64,000 nt of DNA, from positions 1-64,000 of the IMG/VR virus record IMGVR_UViG_3300028888_000072; one strand, written 5' to 3'. Each line of letters opens with the position of its first letter. Positions within the stretch are counted from its first letter, which is position 1. This DNA comes from an uncultured virus (IMG/VR IMGVR_UViG_3300028888_000072) (lineage: Duplodnaviria; Heunggongvirae; Uroviricota; Caudoviricetes). Position numbers and translations under genes: made by a program. Below, one piece after another: positions 1 to 8,996 of the stretch. The notes below the pieces were generated by a model. That model was given only the letters and a program-made list of their open reading frames with translations, did no database searches and had not been told where the DNA came from.

Positions 1-191
1 TAGTTGATAATTTGAAGTTAAGAGAGTATCTTGATAATGAAATTGTCAAATGTTATAAAATGCTTTATCATGGAGAAAATTCATGGACTTATGGAGGTGG
101 TGGTGATTGTATGAAATATGAAGCAATTCCAAGATTTAAGAGAAAAGTAATTGAAACATATAATAAATTTGCTACATTAAAAATAAAATAA
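1..191 (+). CDS. 3' end of a hypothetical protein (runs off the window start)
   Basis: Open frame from base 3 (VDNLKLREYLDNEIVKCYKMLYHGENSWTYGGGGDCMKY...) to TAA at 189-191, abutting the next ATG at 193. Confidence 0.7.
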   Translation, partial: VDNLKLREYLDNEIVKCYKMLYHGENSWTYGGGGDCMKYEAIPRFKRKVIETYNKFATLKIK

Positions 192-192
192 T

Positions 193-504
193 ATGGAAAA
201 CAAAGTTAAGAAAATTTATGATTTTATTAAAGAACGTTATAATGATCCATATTTTAATGATAATGCATATTCTGAACGTATAGCAGCATATTCTGAAATA
301 ATGCATTATATTGAAGAAAATTTTAACAATGATATTTTAGCTCCTAAAAGCTGTAATAATTGTAAAAGAAAATATTTCTATAAAAATAAATTAATGTGTG
401 ATTGTTGTTCTTACGATAATTATAAATATTGTTGTGAAGAAATTCCTGAAGATAAAAGAGAAATAATTGCAAATACATGTAAAGATTATGAAAGAGAAAA
501 ATAA
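193..504 (+). CDS. Hypothetical Cys-rich phage protein
   Basis: 103-aa ORF with CxxC and further Cys clusters; tight packing with its neighbours. Confidence 0.7.
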   Translation: MENKVKKIYDFIKERYNDPYFNDNAYSERIAAYSEIMHYIEENFNNDILAPKSCNNCKRKYFYKNKLMCDCCSYDNYKYCCEEIPEDKREIIANTCKDYEREK

Positions 505-859
505 ATTATACATATTAATTGATAAAAATTTAGATCCAATTTATGGAGCAGTTCAAGGCGGTCATGCAGTTGCGCAATGGCTTTTAGATAATTGGTAGAC
601 TAAAAGAAATAAAGATTTTAATGAAGATTATCCAGAATGGGAATGGAATAATGATTATCTTATATATCTTTCAGTAGATATTGAAAAATGGAAAGAACTA
701 CTATGGAGATTTGACCCATCAAAATTCAAATGGACATGGTTTGATGAACCAGATTTGAACAATAAGACTACTGCTATAGCTATATATGAAAATGATTTTC
801 CTTGTAGTATAAAACAAAAACTCAAAAGAGAAAAACTATTAAATTTGGAGGGTAAATAA
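488..859 (+). CDS. Peptidyl-tRNA hydrolase type 2 (Pth2)-like protein with an in-frame TAG at codon 37 (readthrough gene or pseudogene)
   Basis: Manual translation: MKEKNKLYILIDKNLDPIYGAVQGGHAVAQWLLDNW*TKRNKDF...WNNDYLIYLSV...FDEPDLNNKTTAIAIYE...KLLNLEGK. The K-L-Y-I-L-I, Q-x-x-H-A and EPD-x(4)-TTAIA motifs are typical of Pth2-fold proteins. TAG at 596-598, TAA at 857-859. Confidence 0.65.
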
Positions 860-874
860 ACCCTCCATTTTTTT
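846..874 (+). terminator. Intrinsic terminator
   Basis: tggagggt-aaataa-accctcca stem followed by a T run, overlapping the TAA of the Pth2-like gene. Confidence 0.75.
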
Positions 875-881
875 ATAAAAT

Positions 882-909
882 TTGAATTATATTTAAAAGT
901 TACTATATT
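882..909 (+). promoter_or_regulatory. Recurrent promoter-like motif TTGAAT-N15-17-CTAT(A/T)
   Basis: Same arrangement recurs with TTGAA at 11740, 18844, 41529, 41605, 47980 and 50052, each shortly upstream of a + strand gene. Confidence 0.6.
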
Positions 910-938
910 ATTTATATAATATTTAAAATTTATTTTAT

Positions 939-1343
939 ATGACATCTACTTATTGTACAAAAGATTATGATCAACTCGCATTGAGTTTCTATAAGAGATT
1001 TACTGGTGAAAATAAGTATAATGGTTGGAATATGAATGAGGCCATTAAGGAGCTCGATGTTTTCGTTAGAGGTTATCTTAGTGAAAAGAAGCAGTATGAT
1101 TGGTGGATGTCTCGCGATCTGATTGAGAATCCAAAGAACAATAAAGAAGCTTGGTATAATGTATTTTGGAAACAGGAGCATTCTGATGATTCTTTATATG
1201 CCAATGGAATGAAAACTCAGCAAAATCAGTTTATTGCAATGGAGAAGGCAATTCTGATGTGGCTTCCAGAATCTGAAATGACTGAGAAAGAACAGAATAA
1301 AGTTCTGAAGAAGATTGAGACTCGTAAGAATAAGATTTTTTAA
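939..1343 (+). CDS. Hypothetical protein (probably early)
   Basis: 134-aa ORF behind the promoter motif; more G/C-ending codons (aag, gag, cag) than neighbouring genes. Confidence 0.75.
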   Translation: MTSTYCTKDYDQLALSFYKRFTGENKYNGWNMNEAIKELDVFVRGYLSEKKQYDWWMSRDLIENPKNNKEAWYNVFWKQEHSDDSLYANGMKTQQNQFIAMEKAILMWLPESEMTEKEQNKVLKKIETRKNKIF

Positions 1344-1346
1344 TAT

Positions 1347-1580
1347 ATGAAAACATTATACGAACGATTTAGAAACTATGTAAAGAATAACGATTCTTAT
1401 TGTAATACATTTAAATGCAATAATGGTTATTCTTTACTAGTTGTTAAATATTCACATCTTAAAGTATTTGATATTAAGGTATTAGATAAGAATAAGAATC
1501 ATATTATTGAAACTTATAATGATCTTTATCCTTACGATGCTGCAAATATGATTAACGAACTTTTAAATAATTACAATTAA
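1347..1580 (+). CDS. Hypothetical protein
   Basis: 77-aa ORF starting 3 nt after the previous stop. Confidence 0.7.
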   Translation: MKTLYERFRNYVKNNDSYCNTFKCNNGYSLLVVKYSHLKVFDIKVLDKNKNHIIETYNDLYPYDAANMINELLNNYN

Positions 1581-1620
1581 TTTACTATATTTATATTGTC
1601 AGGCATACTATAATATATAA

Positions 1621-1666
1621 AACTGGGTAGTTAACCATAAGAACAACTGCTCAGTTATTTTTTCTT
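1621..1666 (+). terminator. Hairpin with T tract (terminator or end of a small RNA)
   Basis: aactgggtagtt pairs with aactgctcagtt (two G-U pairs), followed by attttttctt. Confidence 0.6.
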
Positions 1667-1847
1667 AAATTTATTGATAATTAGAAAAATAAATTTATTT
1701 TTAACTATATTTATAATATATAGATATAGTTGTTAAAGAAAATAGATATCTTTTAATATTGAGGTTGTTTAAGACCTTTTGAGAGTTGAATTAAAGACTC
1801 GAAAATATTTAAAGGATTTGAATATAAATATATTTAAATTTTAAACT

Positions 1848-2765
1848 ATGAGTACAAATCAAAATTTGGCTAAATTAGCCATCAACAAGTCTTTGCTTAA
1901 AGAATATTCAAATTCAGAATATTCAAGAATTGTTTATATGAAGAACAATTCAGAATTTCAAATCCAAGTTTTTAATCCTTATACATATACTATTGGTATT
2001 AATATAACAATAGATAATAAGTCATTGGGTCATACTTTGGTATTAAAACCAGGTGAAAGAATTTGGTTAGAACGTTATCTTAATGAAGCTAATAAATTCT
2101 TATTCTCTACTTATGAAGTAAATGGTGATAGTAAACAAGTTCAGCAAGCAATTGCTAAGAATGGAGAAATTAAATTAGAATTTTTTAAAGAGAGAGAACA
2201 ACAAGTATATATCAATACAACTATTACTTGTTATGATAATTGGAATCCTAATCAAATTTTATATAGTAAATCAATTGAGCCAACAACGTATTGTAATGCA
2301 GCAATTGGTGATAGAAGCTTAGGATTATGTAGTACTTCTGCTGATACTTCTGCATCATATTCTGCTACAACATTAGATGGATTAAAGAAAAACGATACTC
2401 CAATTAATACAAGTGCCAAAAGATCTAGATCTATTGAAACTGGAAGAGTGGAAAAGGGAAGTTATTCAAATCAAAAATTTCAAACAGTAAATATTGATTT
2501 TGAATATTGGCCATTTAAAACAGAGATCATTAAGATTTTGCCTGAATCACAAAAGCCAGTTTTTAAGAATGATTTAACTAAAAAATATTGTCCAAACTGT
2601 GGAATAAAGATTAAAGATAGATTTAAGTTCTGTCCTAATTGTGGATTTAAGTTAGAAGAAAATATTTCTAATGGAAATTACACAATTGATAAATGTCCTA
2701 ACTGTGGAAGGAATGTTAGAAGTACAATGATGGAATGCCCACACTGTGGAGAAATATTAAGATAA
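1848..2765 (+). CDS. Phage protein with C-terminal zinc-ribbon repeats
   Basis: CPNCG three times plus CPHCG in the last ~60 aa (double zinc-ribbon pattern). Confidence 0.75.
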   Translation: MSTNQNLAKLAINKSLLKEYSNSEYSRIVYMKNNSEFQIQVFNPYTYTIGINITIDNKSLGHTLVLKPGERIWLERYLNEANKFLFSTYEVNGDSKQVQQAIAKNGEIKLEFFKEREQQVYINTTITCYDNWNPNQILYSKSIEPTTYCNAAIGDRSLGLCSTSADTSASYSATTLDGLKKNDTPINTSAKRSRSIETGRVEKGSYSNQKFQTVNIDFEYWPFKTEIIKILPESQKPVFKNDLTKKYCPNCGIKIKDRFKFCPNCGFKLEENISNGNYTIDKCPNCGRNVRSTMMECPHCGEILR

Positions 2766-2767
2766 AT

Positions 2768-2793
2768 AAAGAGGAGAATTAATTCTCCTCTTT
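2768..2793. terminator. 26-bp perfect palindrome, likely bidirectional terminator
   Basis: AAAGAGGAGAATTAATTCTCCTCTTT at a convergent gene junction. Confidence 0.7.
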
Positions 2794-3411
2794 TTTTGGA
2801 TATATACCAACATAATCCATTATATGTATTATATGATCATTTTTAATTTCATTAGTCAATACTGGATTATGTTTTTTAGAATATAATTTTATGTTCCATG
2901 AAGACCAATCAAAATTCTTAATATTATACCAAATACTTCTATCAGGATTCCAATTGAACAAATGACAATAATATTCTTTAATATCTTCAAATGGCATATT
3001 GTAATTTGTAAAATATACAGTCCATGGATAATGTATTCCAATTTCCCATATCATATCTTTATAAGATGTTAAAGCAATTTTGCATTCAGTTAAATATATA
3101 TCAATGATGTCTTTACTTTTATCTTCTAAATAAATACGAATTATAGCATCCTGATATGTACTTTTGAAATACTTGCATATATCAGATATATTCTTAAAAC
3201 TTATATTTTTTGCAACATATACACCATGAGCACCATGCCAATTTCCTTTATAATATTTTACTCTTATATCAAATATTCTTACACCTAAGTCATATTGAGT
3301 TTTAATATCTACTTTTTGACATCTCCAAAAAATAGATATTAAATTATGTAAAGGATTTACTGGTTTATCGTATGTAAATGAATCATGTGAAGCTATCATA
3401 ATATAAATCAA
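2779..3411 (-). CDS. PI-PLC X-domain-like phosphodiesterase (likely start 3399)
   Basis: SHDSFTY, RCQ...I.TQYDLGVRIFDIRV and a downstream HG match PLC-like phosphodiesterase motifs. Confidence 0.7.
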   Translation of the reverse strand: MIYIMIASHDSFTYDKPVNPLHNLISIFWRCQKVDIKTQYDLGVRIFDIRVKYYKGNWHGAHGVYVAKNISFKNISDICKYFKSTYQDAIIRIYLEDKSKDIIDIYLTECKIALTSYKDMIWEIGIHYPWTVYFTNYNMPFEDIKEYYCHLFNWNPDRSIWYNIKNFDWSSWNIKLYSKKHNPVLTNEIKNDHIIHIMDYVGIYPKKEEN

Positions 3412-3872
3412 TCTTTTATTTTTGCACTACGGTATCTTCTTCTTGCTCCTCTTGTTGGTTTTTCTTCTCCATCAGTTTCTATCATATCGTTGCCATCTTC
3501 ATCAATTGGTGGTATATCAAATTTTGAATATGAATATTCTGTTATAGCTGCAGTAACTCCTCCTGATGTAAATATAGCAGCAACCGCACCGACATATACA
3601 GCCATATCAGATAAGTTAATTGTCATTGTATGATTATACCAAATATCTACAATCATTCCAATTACAGGTACAAATAACAATAAGACACCAACAGCTAAAA
3701 CACCTAGCATAAATACATAAACAGGATTTATGTTATTGTTTTCTTTTGTAGCCTTAACAAAGAAATTATCATTATCTTTCTTTTTCATTTTGCTAAATAT
3801 ACCAAATGTTATAAAATTTAATATTTTGTTCATTAAATTAGCTTTATATATTTTGCCCCTATATAAAACCAT
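3408..3872 (-). CDS. Two-TM membrane protein, possible holin
   Basis: Two hydrophobic segments (VYVFMLGVLAVGVLLLFVPVIGMIV; MAVYVGAVAAIFTSGGVTAAI) and a charged C-terminal tail. Confidence 0.5.
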   Translation of the reverse strand: MVLYRGKIYKANLMNKILNFITFGIFSKMKKKDNDNFFVKATKENNNINPVYVFMLGVLAVGVLLLFVPVIGMIVDIWYNHTMTINLSDMAVYVGAVAAIFTSGGVTAAITEYSYSKFDIPPIDEDGNDMIETDGEEKPTRGARRRYRSAKIKD

Positions 3873-4073
3873 TTATTAATAATAAAATTATATATCTTAG
3901 TAAAATTGATAACAATTGTTATATGATTAATTTAAATTAATATAATTAACATAGATTAATTAATTATCATATTTTTGTATTAACTTATTGGAAATATTAT
4001 CTAGGCGTAATTCTAAGACTATTTTTAATTATATAATATAAAACGGAAATAATAAAACAAAAATGTAGTAAAA

Positions 4074-4148
4074 ATGGAAGAATTAATATTTATTGTAAGT
4101 GTATTTTCTGTATGTATATCATTAATTTATTTTAAAGATAAACTATAA
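4074..4148 (+). CDS. Putative 24-aa hydrophobic micropeptide
   Basis: MEELIFIVSVFSVCISLIYFKDKL; A-rich leader; below the ORF-track cutoff. Confidence 0.4.
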   Translation: MEELIFIVSVFSVCISLIYFKDKL

Positions 4149-4168
4149 AAATATAAATGAATACAGAT

Positions 4169-4249
4169 ATGAAAACATTATTAAAGAAAATATGGGATAA
4201 TTACTGTGAAGCTATATATTTAGCATATTACCCATATTATGAAAAGTAA
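4169..4249 (+). CDS. Putative 26-aa micropeptide
   Basis: MKTLLKKIWDNYCEAIYLAYYPYYEK; shares a pattern with the overlapping next peptide. Confidence 0.5.
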   Translation: MKTLLKKIWDNYCEAIYLAYYPYYEK

Positions 4250-4331
4250 ATTAGATGTTTATTTAAAAAAAAAAATTAATCATGCGTATATGAATGGTGT
4301 TAATAGTATTTATGTAAATCCTTATATATGA
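4239..4331 (+). CDS. Putative 30-aa micropeptide
   Basis: MKSKLDVYLKKKINHAYMNGVNSIYVNPYI; overlaps the previous stop; contains an A11 run. Confidence 0.45.
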   Translation: MKSKLDVYLKKKINHAYMNGVNSIYVNPYI

Positions 4332-4400
4332 CATTGAAACAAATAAAAATATTAAAGAATAAAAAATTAACAAACAAATATATTTAAAGAAAATAATATT

Positions 4401-4757
4401 ATGAAGAAAATAATTTTTACAGTAATTTTTAGTTTAATGCTTTGTTTAGGCGTTAACGCAAATGAAAACAACACAATGAATGCTGAAGCATATAATATGA
4501 ATGTAAACACAGAAATGTTATCAAAATCTCTTAATGCTAGTAAAGATCAAGCAGAATGCATAAATGATATAATGAATATATTCTGCGTACAGATGGAAAA
4601 TATCAAATATGAGACTACCGAAGTTACAAGAGAAAAAATGTTAAATAATACTTTAGAAATGAATATAAATTATATGAAGCAGATTCTTAACAAGGATCAA
4701 TATAAAAAGTATTTAATGATTCTTAACACTACTCTTGCAAATAGAGGATTACGTTAA
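4401..4757 (+). CDS. Secreted protein resembling a Prevotella/Bacteroidales hypothetical family
   Basis: Signal peptide MKKIIFTVIFSLMLCLGVNA; C-terminal IL..DQYKKYLMILNTTL.NRGL pattern recalled from Prevotella proteins (needs BLAST confirmation). Confidence 0.65.
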   Translation: MKKIIFTVIFSLMLCLGVNANENNTMNAEAYNMNVNTEMLSKSLNASKDQAECINDIMNIFCVQMENIKYETTEVTREKMLNNTLEMNINYMKQILNKDQYKKYLMILNTTLANRGLR

Positions 4758-4829
4758 TATATGTACAATATATATAAACACAAATTCTTTCATTTTTCAC
4801 TACATTTATAAAATTATAAACTTAATAAA

Positions 4830-4910
4830 ATGAAAGAATTTATTGTATTTTTAATATTTATTGGAACTGTATATATATTAAAGAAATTAGATAAAATACT
4901 TACACATTAA
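4830..4910 (+). CDS. Putative 26-aa single-TM micropeptide
   Basis: MKEFIVFLIFIGTVYILKKLDKILTH; its ATG lies inside a 15-bp inverted repeat. Confidence 0.4.
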   Translation: MKEFIVFLIFIGTVYILKKLDKILTH

Positions 4911-6820
4911 GACATAGGCATTTCTACACCAAATTGATTGAAACCTTCACCAATTTGAGTAAACATGCCAAATGGAGTATCTTCAATACTTTGCTGTTGA
5001 GTGGTATTCCATTTATTGTTTATAATTCCAGATATACGGGCTTCTTCAATATCTTCTAAGAATGATGAATATTTTCCAGTTTGCATTACCATAGGAATCT
5101 GAACAAACGTCATAATAATATCATCATGACCATAAGAAGCTTTATATGTACCATTACTATTCTTATCTTCGAAGTTTTCTAATTCTCCTAATGTAACAAT
5201 ATCTCTTGTTGTTACTTGTCCCTTTTCAAATAATGTCTTAAGTAATGAACATGCTGTACCTTTATTTCCTGATGTAAACTTTATTCCTGGTATGAATCTT
5301 GATGTAGAACCTGTACGACCTATAATCTGTTCATCCATTGAAGATTTCTTATATTGAACGAAGTTACTTAATTCAATACCATCTGTAACAATATTGAATC
5401 TCCATTTTGTAGAAATTTCGTAATCATCTTCATTGTAATCCATTAATAGACGATAGAATAAAGCTCCATAAGTATTCCATTCTAATGACCACATACAGTT
5501 TTCTCCATTGAATAATTGACCAGCTAATAACCAAAATTCTAATGCTGCATGCTCAAGATCAACTTCATTAGATCTCCATAATCCTACATGTTGGAATTGA
5601 TCTTTACCAATTATCTTAAATATATTGAATACTGTATAGTCTCCTCCAAAACCTTCTGCTAAATCTATTAATATTAAGAAGAAACATGTCTTAATATCTT
5701 CTAAATTAAACATTGGGTCCCATACTAAATATCTTGGATATTGTAATGCTAATCCAAAAAGTTCAGTTAATTCAAAATCACGTTCTTCATATAATATAGC
5801 ATCATCTCTTAATGTAGCAATACGTTCACGAGAAACCAAACATTTATCAGATGCAGAGAATTGAGTACCGTATTGATAATAGAAAGCTTCAACAGAACCT
5901 AATACACCTATCATATCTTCTTTCCATTTATCAGTACGTTTTTCCCAAAGCCCTGTTTCTGGGTTATATTGAGGAACTTGATACCAGTCTACTTTAAATG
6001 GTGCATATATATTTGTCTTTTCAATAGCACCTTTCCAAAGTTTATAAAATAAGTTAAATCCATTCTGTGTAGACATTATACATACATTTGAATCTGTAAT
6101 TGTAGTAACAGTAGGTATAATGTTATTATAGAATAATTCAACATCATTAGGTGGGCACCAAGCAAACTCATCAAGAATAAGGAAGTTAATTGTTTTACCA
6201 AGACCTGCTGTTGGTGAGAATGATTCAGTTGATATTGAAGAGTTATTATCAAATGAAATTTCAGATTGATTCCATTTCATAGTACCTATCTTTAAGTGAT
6301 AAGGAAGATAAAGATACATATCCTTAATCTTTTTAATAAGATCTAATCCTGCAGGACCAGATTTTGATAATATAAGACCTGATTTATCTGAATTGAATAA
6401 TATAACCCAAAGACAATATATAGCTGTTGTTGTAGATTTTCCACTTTGTCTACATGAAAGGAAGATACTAAATCTATTATGCTGTAAATGTCTTATATAA
6501 TTTTTTTGATAATCACGAAGCTTACAAGCTTGTAAACCTGTTGGTGTCATTAAGAAACATTTCTCTGCAAAATATAATGGATCTAATGCACAACGTTTAT
6601 AATCTTCAATTTCTTCTTGAGTATATTTACGAACTAATTCAGGTTTTAATAATTTCGTATTCTTATTTAAAAATGGACTAGCTTTCAACGGCTGACCTGT
6701 TTGAATGCCTTCTAATGCTTTATTAATAACTGCAGTAGACCATATTACCTTTTCAGCCTCTTTTCCATTTATTTGCTCCTTAATAGGATTATATTCGTAT
6801 TCAAATTCTTTACTTGCCAT
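4907..6820 (-). CDS. terL: Terminase large subunit (T4 gp17-like)
   Basis: Walker A SCRQSGKSTT, Walker B LILDEFAW, nuclease motifs IDLAEGFGGDY and HDDIIM. Confidence 0.95.
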   Translation of the reverse strand: MASKEFEYEYNPIKEQINGKEAEKVIWSTAVINKALEGIQTGQPLKASPFLNKNTKLLKPELVRKYTQEEIEDYKRCALDPLYFAEKCFLMTPTGLQACKLRDYQKNYIRHLQHNRFSIFLSCRQSGKSTTTAIYCLWVILFNSDKSGLILSKSGPAGLDLIKKIKDMYLYLPYHLKIGTMKWNQSEISFDNNSSISTESFSPTAGLGKTINFLILDEFAWCPPNDVELFYNNIIPTVTTITDSNVCIMSTQNGFNLFYKLWKGAIEKTNIYAPFKVDWYQVPQYNPETGLWEKRTDKWKEDMIGVLGSVEAFYYQYGTQFSASDKCLVSRERIATLRDDAILYEERDFELTELFGLALQYPRYLVWDPMFNLEDIKTCFFLILIDLAEGFGGDYTVFNIFKIIGKDQFQHVGLWRSNEVDLEHAALEFWLLAGQLFNGENCMWSLEWNTYGALFYRLLMDYNEDDYEISTKWRFNIVTDGIELSNFVQYKKSSMDEQIIGRTGSTSRFIPGIKFTSGNKGTACSLLKTLFEKGQVTTRDIVTLGELENFEDKNSNGTYKASYGHDDIIMTFVQIPMVMQTGKYSSFLEDIEEARISGIINNKWNTTQQQSIEDTPFGMFTQIGEGFNQFGVEMPMS

Positions 6821-6832
6821 ATTAATCTGTAC

Positions 6833-7786
6833 TTATTTAGTTATAGGAATATTTATTCCTAATAAACCCATAATTGATAATTTTGCTTTTTGTAATGATG
6901 ATTTAGCTTTAATATTAGCTTGTGTTATTGTTTTTTCATTTTTGTTTTTTATTTCTGTAGCAAGGTTTTTCATTAAACTATTAGTTTGCTGAACTACTTT
7001 TTCTCCTATTTGCTTACCTTCGTTATCACAATAAGTATTAATATTCATTTCCAATTTATTATAATGTTCTGTCAACTGTTTATCTATTTCAGTTATAACA
7101 TTATTAATTGTTTTATCCATTTGGTCCGCAACCCATTGAGGTCCTTCTAATGCATATTTTTGAATATATGCAATACGTTCATTTGCCTTTTCGATAAATT
7201 CATTTGCAGTCTTAACTGCATTTGAAATTTTTTCCTGTGCATTTTTAATTATTTCTGCTTTGTTAAAAGCTTCCTTAGCTTCCTCTTCAGCTTTAATTAG
7301 ATCTTCATGTATTGATGTTTTTTTAACTAAATAATATGCTACAGATCTTATTGGTTCTTCATTATGTTTTGTATCTGGAGATGATATTCTTTTTGCAGTA
7401 GCATTTGCTATTTTACCAGGTATTGATGCTACTAATGATGTAGTCTTACCTACGTATTGTCCAATTAATGCACCGCATTCTCCTGAAATCTGACCAACTG
7501 CATCAGCAGCCATATCTGCTGCCATTGCTAGTATATCACCATTTGTAAAACTTTGAGCCAACTTAACGGTTAATGCTCCAGCACCAGTAGCTATTGCTCC
7601 AAACTGAACTGCATTTGTTCCTAAGTTTGAAAACGCTGTTGTATCAAAACCATCCATAAATGATGCACCTTTAGTTGGTGTTTCAGCAGGAACACGAGGT
7701 TGCAATCTACCATCAGGTGATTCTGGAGTTTTTTCGTTATCATTTGATTCTAATGGTTCTGTAACTTTTTTTATTTCATCTGCCAT
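6833..7786 (-). CDS. Hypothetical helical/coiled-coil protein
   Basis: 317-aa ORF between the spike and terminase genes; Ala/Gly-rich hydrophobic stretch followed by coiled coil. Confidence 0.75.
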   Translation of the reverse strand: MADEIKKVTEPLESNDNEKTPESPDGRLQPRVPAETPTKGASFMDGFDTTAFSNLGTNAVQFGAIATGAGALTVKLAQSFTNGDILAMAADMAADAVGQISGECGALIGQYVGKTTSLVASIPGKIANATAKRISSPDTKHNEEPIRSVAYYLVKKTSIHEDLIKAEEEAKEAFNKAEIIKNAQEKISNAVKTANEFIEKANERIAYIQKYALEGPQWVADQMDKTINNVITEIDKQLTEHYNKLEMNINTYCDNEGKQIGEKVVQQTNSLMKNLATEIKNKNEKTITQANIKAKSSLQKAKLSIMGLLGINIPITK

Positions 7787-7789
7787 ATA

Positions 7790-8476
7790 TTAATTTACAA
7801 ATGTTTTTTTAGCTAATATATCTGCGTTAAATGCTTTTTGCATATCTAATATTGGTTCAGCTAAATGAGTAGTCCAAGGATTTGGAGCCGCAGCTTTAAA
7901 TAAATTTTCTAATGCTTTTATTACCTCACCTCTCATTATTTGACATTTCTGTCCCATAACTGCAGCTTCTTTAGTATCTTTATTTTTATCACCAAGATAA
8001 ACATTATCTCCTTCTATACATATTCTGCAATCACCGCAATCAACTTCATATTGTCTTTTTGGCATTAAGTTAATGTGATCATCTCCAATTTTTGTTAAAT
8101 ATCCTTGTTTATCATCATATGTCATCATGCAATCTCCATTACCTGAATGACGAGCATGAAGAACATCACAATTCTCATTATAATATTCTTCTATATATGA
8201 TTGTGTTATATCAATAGTTTCAAAAAATGGAAACCACCAAAATTCATTATAATTTGTCTTTGATATCAAAACCCAAACCTTCTGACCTTTAATTGGCCTA
8301 CTGAAAGTCTGATATGCACCCATTTTAAAACATCTTATCCAAGGCATAGCTTCTTTTGGAGTTGATGTTGAATGAACAACTCCAGGAATAGTACATTTAA
8401 TTCTACCTACTTTTAATGGATCATCATCGTAATCAACAATACCTTGTACTACATAATAATCTTCTAACTCACCCAT
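7790..8476 (-). CDS. Baseplate hub/spike protein (gp5/VgrG OB-fold type), no lysozyme domain
   Basis: GIVDYDDDPLKVGRIKCTIPGV...MPWI...P.KGQKVWV matches the gp5 N-terminal OB fold; short beta-rich tail. Confidence 0.8.
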   Translation of the reverse strand: MGELEDYYVVQGIVDYDDDPLKVGRIKCTIPGVVHSTSTPKEAMPWIRCFKMGAYQTFSRPIKGQKVWVLISKTNYNEFWWFPFFETIDITQSYIEEYYNENCDVLHARHSGNGDCMMTYDDKQGYLTKIGDDHINLMPKRQYEVDCGDCRICIEGDNVYLGDKNKDTKEAAVMGQKCQIMRGEVIKALENLFKAAAPNPWTTHLAEPILDMQKAFNADILAKKTFVN

Positions 8477-8482
8477 AATTAA

Positions 8483-8995
8483 TTATTTTTTAAATATCAC
8501 TGCTGCTGGTCGTTTAGCTGCAGTATTTTGTTGTAATTTATGTTCTTCTTCCTTTTTGATATAGTCTTCCATTAGTTTAGCATACTTTTCAGATATCTTC
8601 TTTCTTTTTTTTAATGATTTTCTCATCTTATCATGTTCTTCCCATTCTTCAATCCATTTATCATCATTAGTACACTGATTTAATAACTTATCATAAAGTT
8701 CAAATATGTTCTTTTTCTTTTGATCTATAAGACGGAACCAATAATAATATTTATCAGAAGGATGCTTACTATCCATTTTGAAACCTTCCATCTTTGTAAC
8801 TTCTTCAAAGAAATGCTCAATATTACCTATTGCACACCATGCACATCCAGTGTTTTTACTATATTCATCACACTTATCATATATAAGTTCACATATATCT
8901 TTAAATAAGTCACCTCTTAAATCAAGTGGTCCATCACCTTGTAATGGTTCATAACCCCATGATCCTTCTGTTATAAAATCTTTAAGTTTCTTCAT
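8483..8995 (-). CDS. Hypothetical protein with capsid-targeting-like leader
   Basis: Likely start MKKLKDFITE at 8995, directly after the upstream stop. Confidence 0.7.
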   Translation of the reverse strand: MKKLKDFITEGSWGYEPLQGDGPLDLRGDLFKDICELIYDKCDEYSKNTGCAWCAIGNIEHFFEEVTKMEGFKMDSKHPSDKYYYWFRLIDQKKKNIFELYDKLLNQCTNDDKWIEEWEEHDKMRKSLKKRKKISEKYAKLMEDYIKKEEEHKLQQNTAAKRPAAVIFKK

Positions 8996-8996
8996 A

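Noticed and set aside
655..945. 96-aa - strand ORF from the track
   Set aside because: Shadow of the + strand Pth2-like gene; it also crosses a terminator and a promoter
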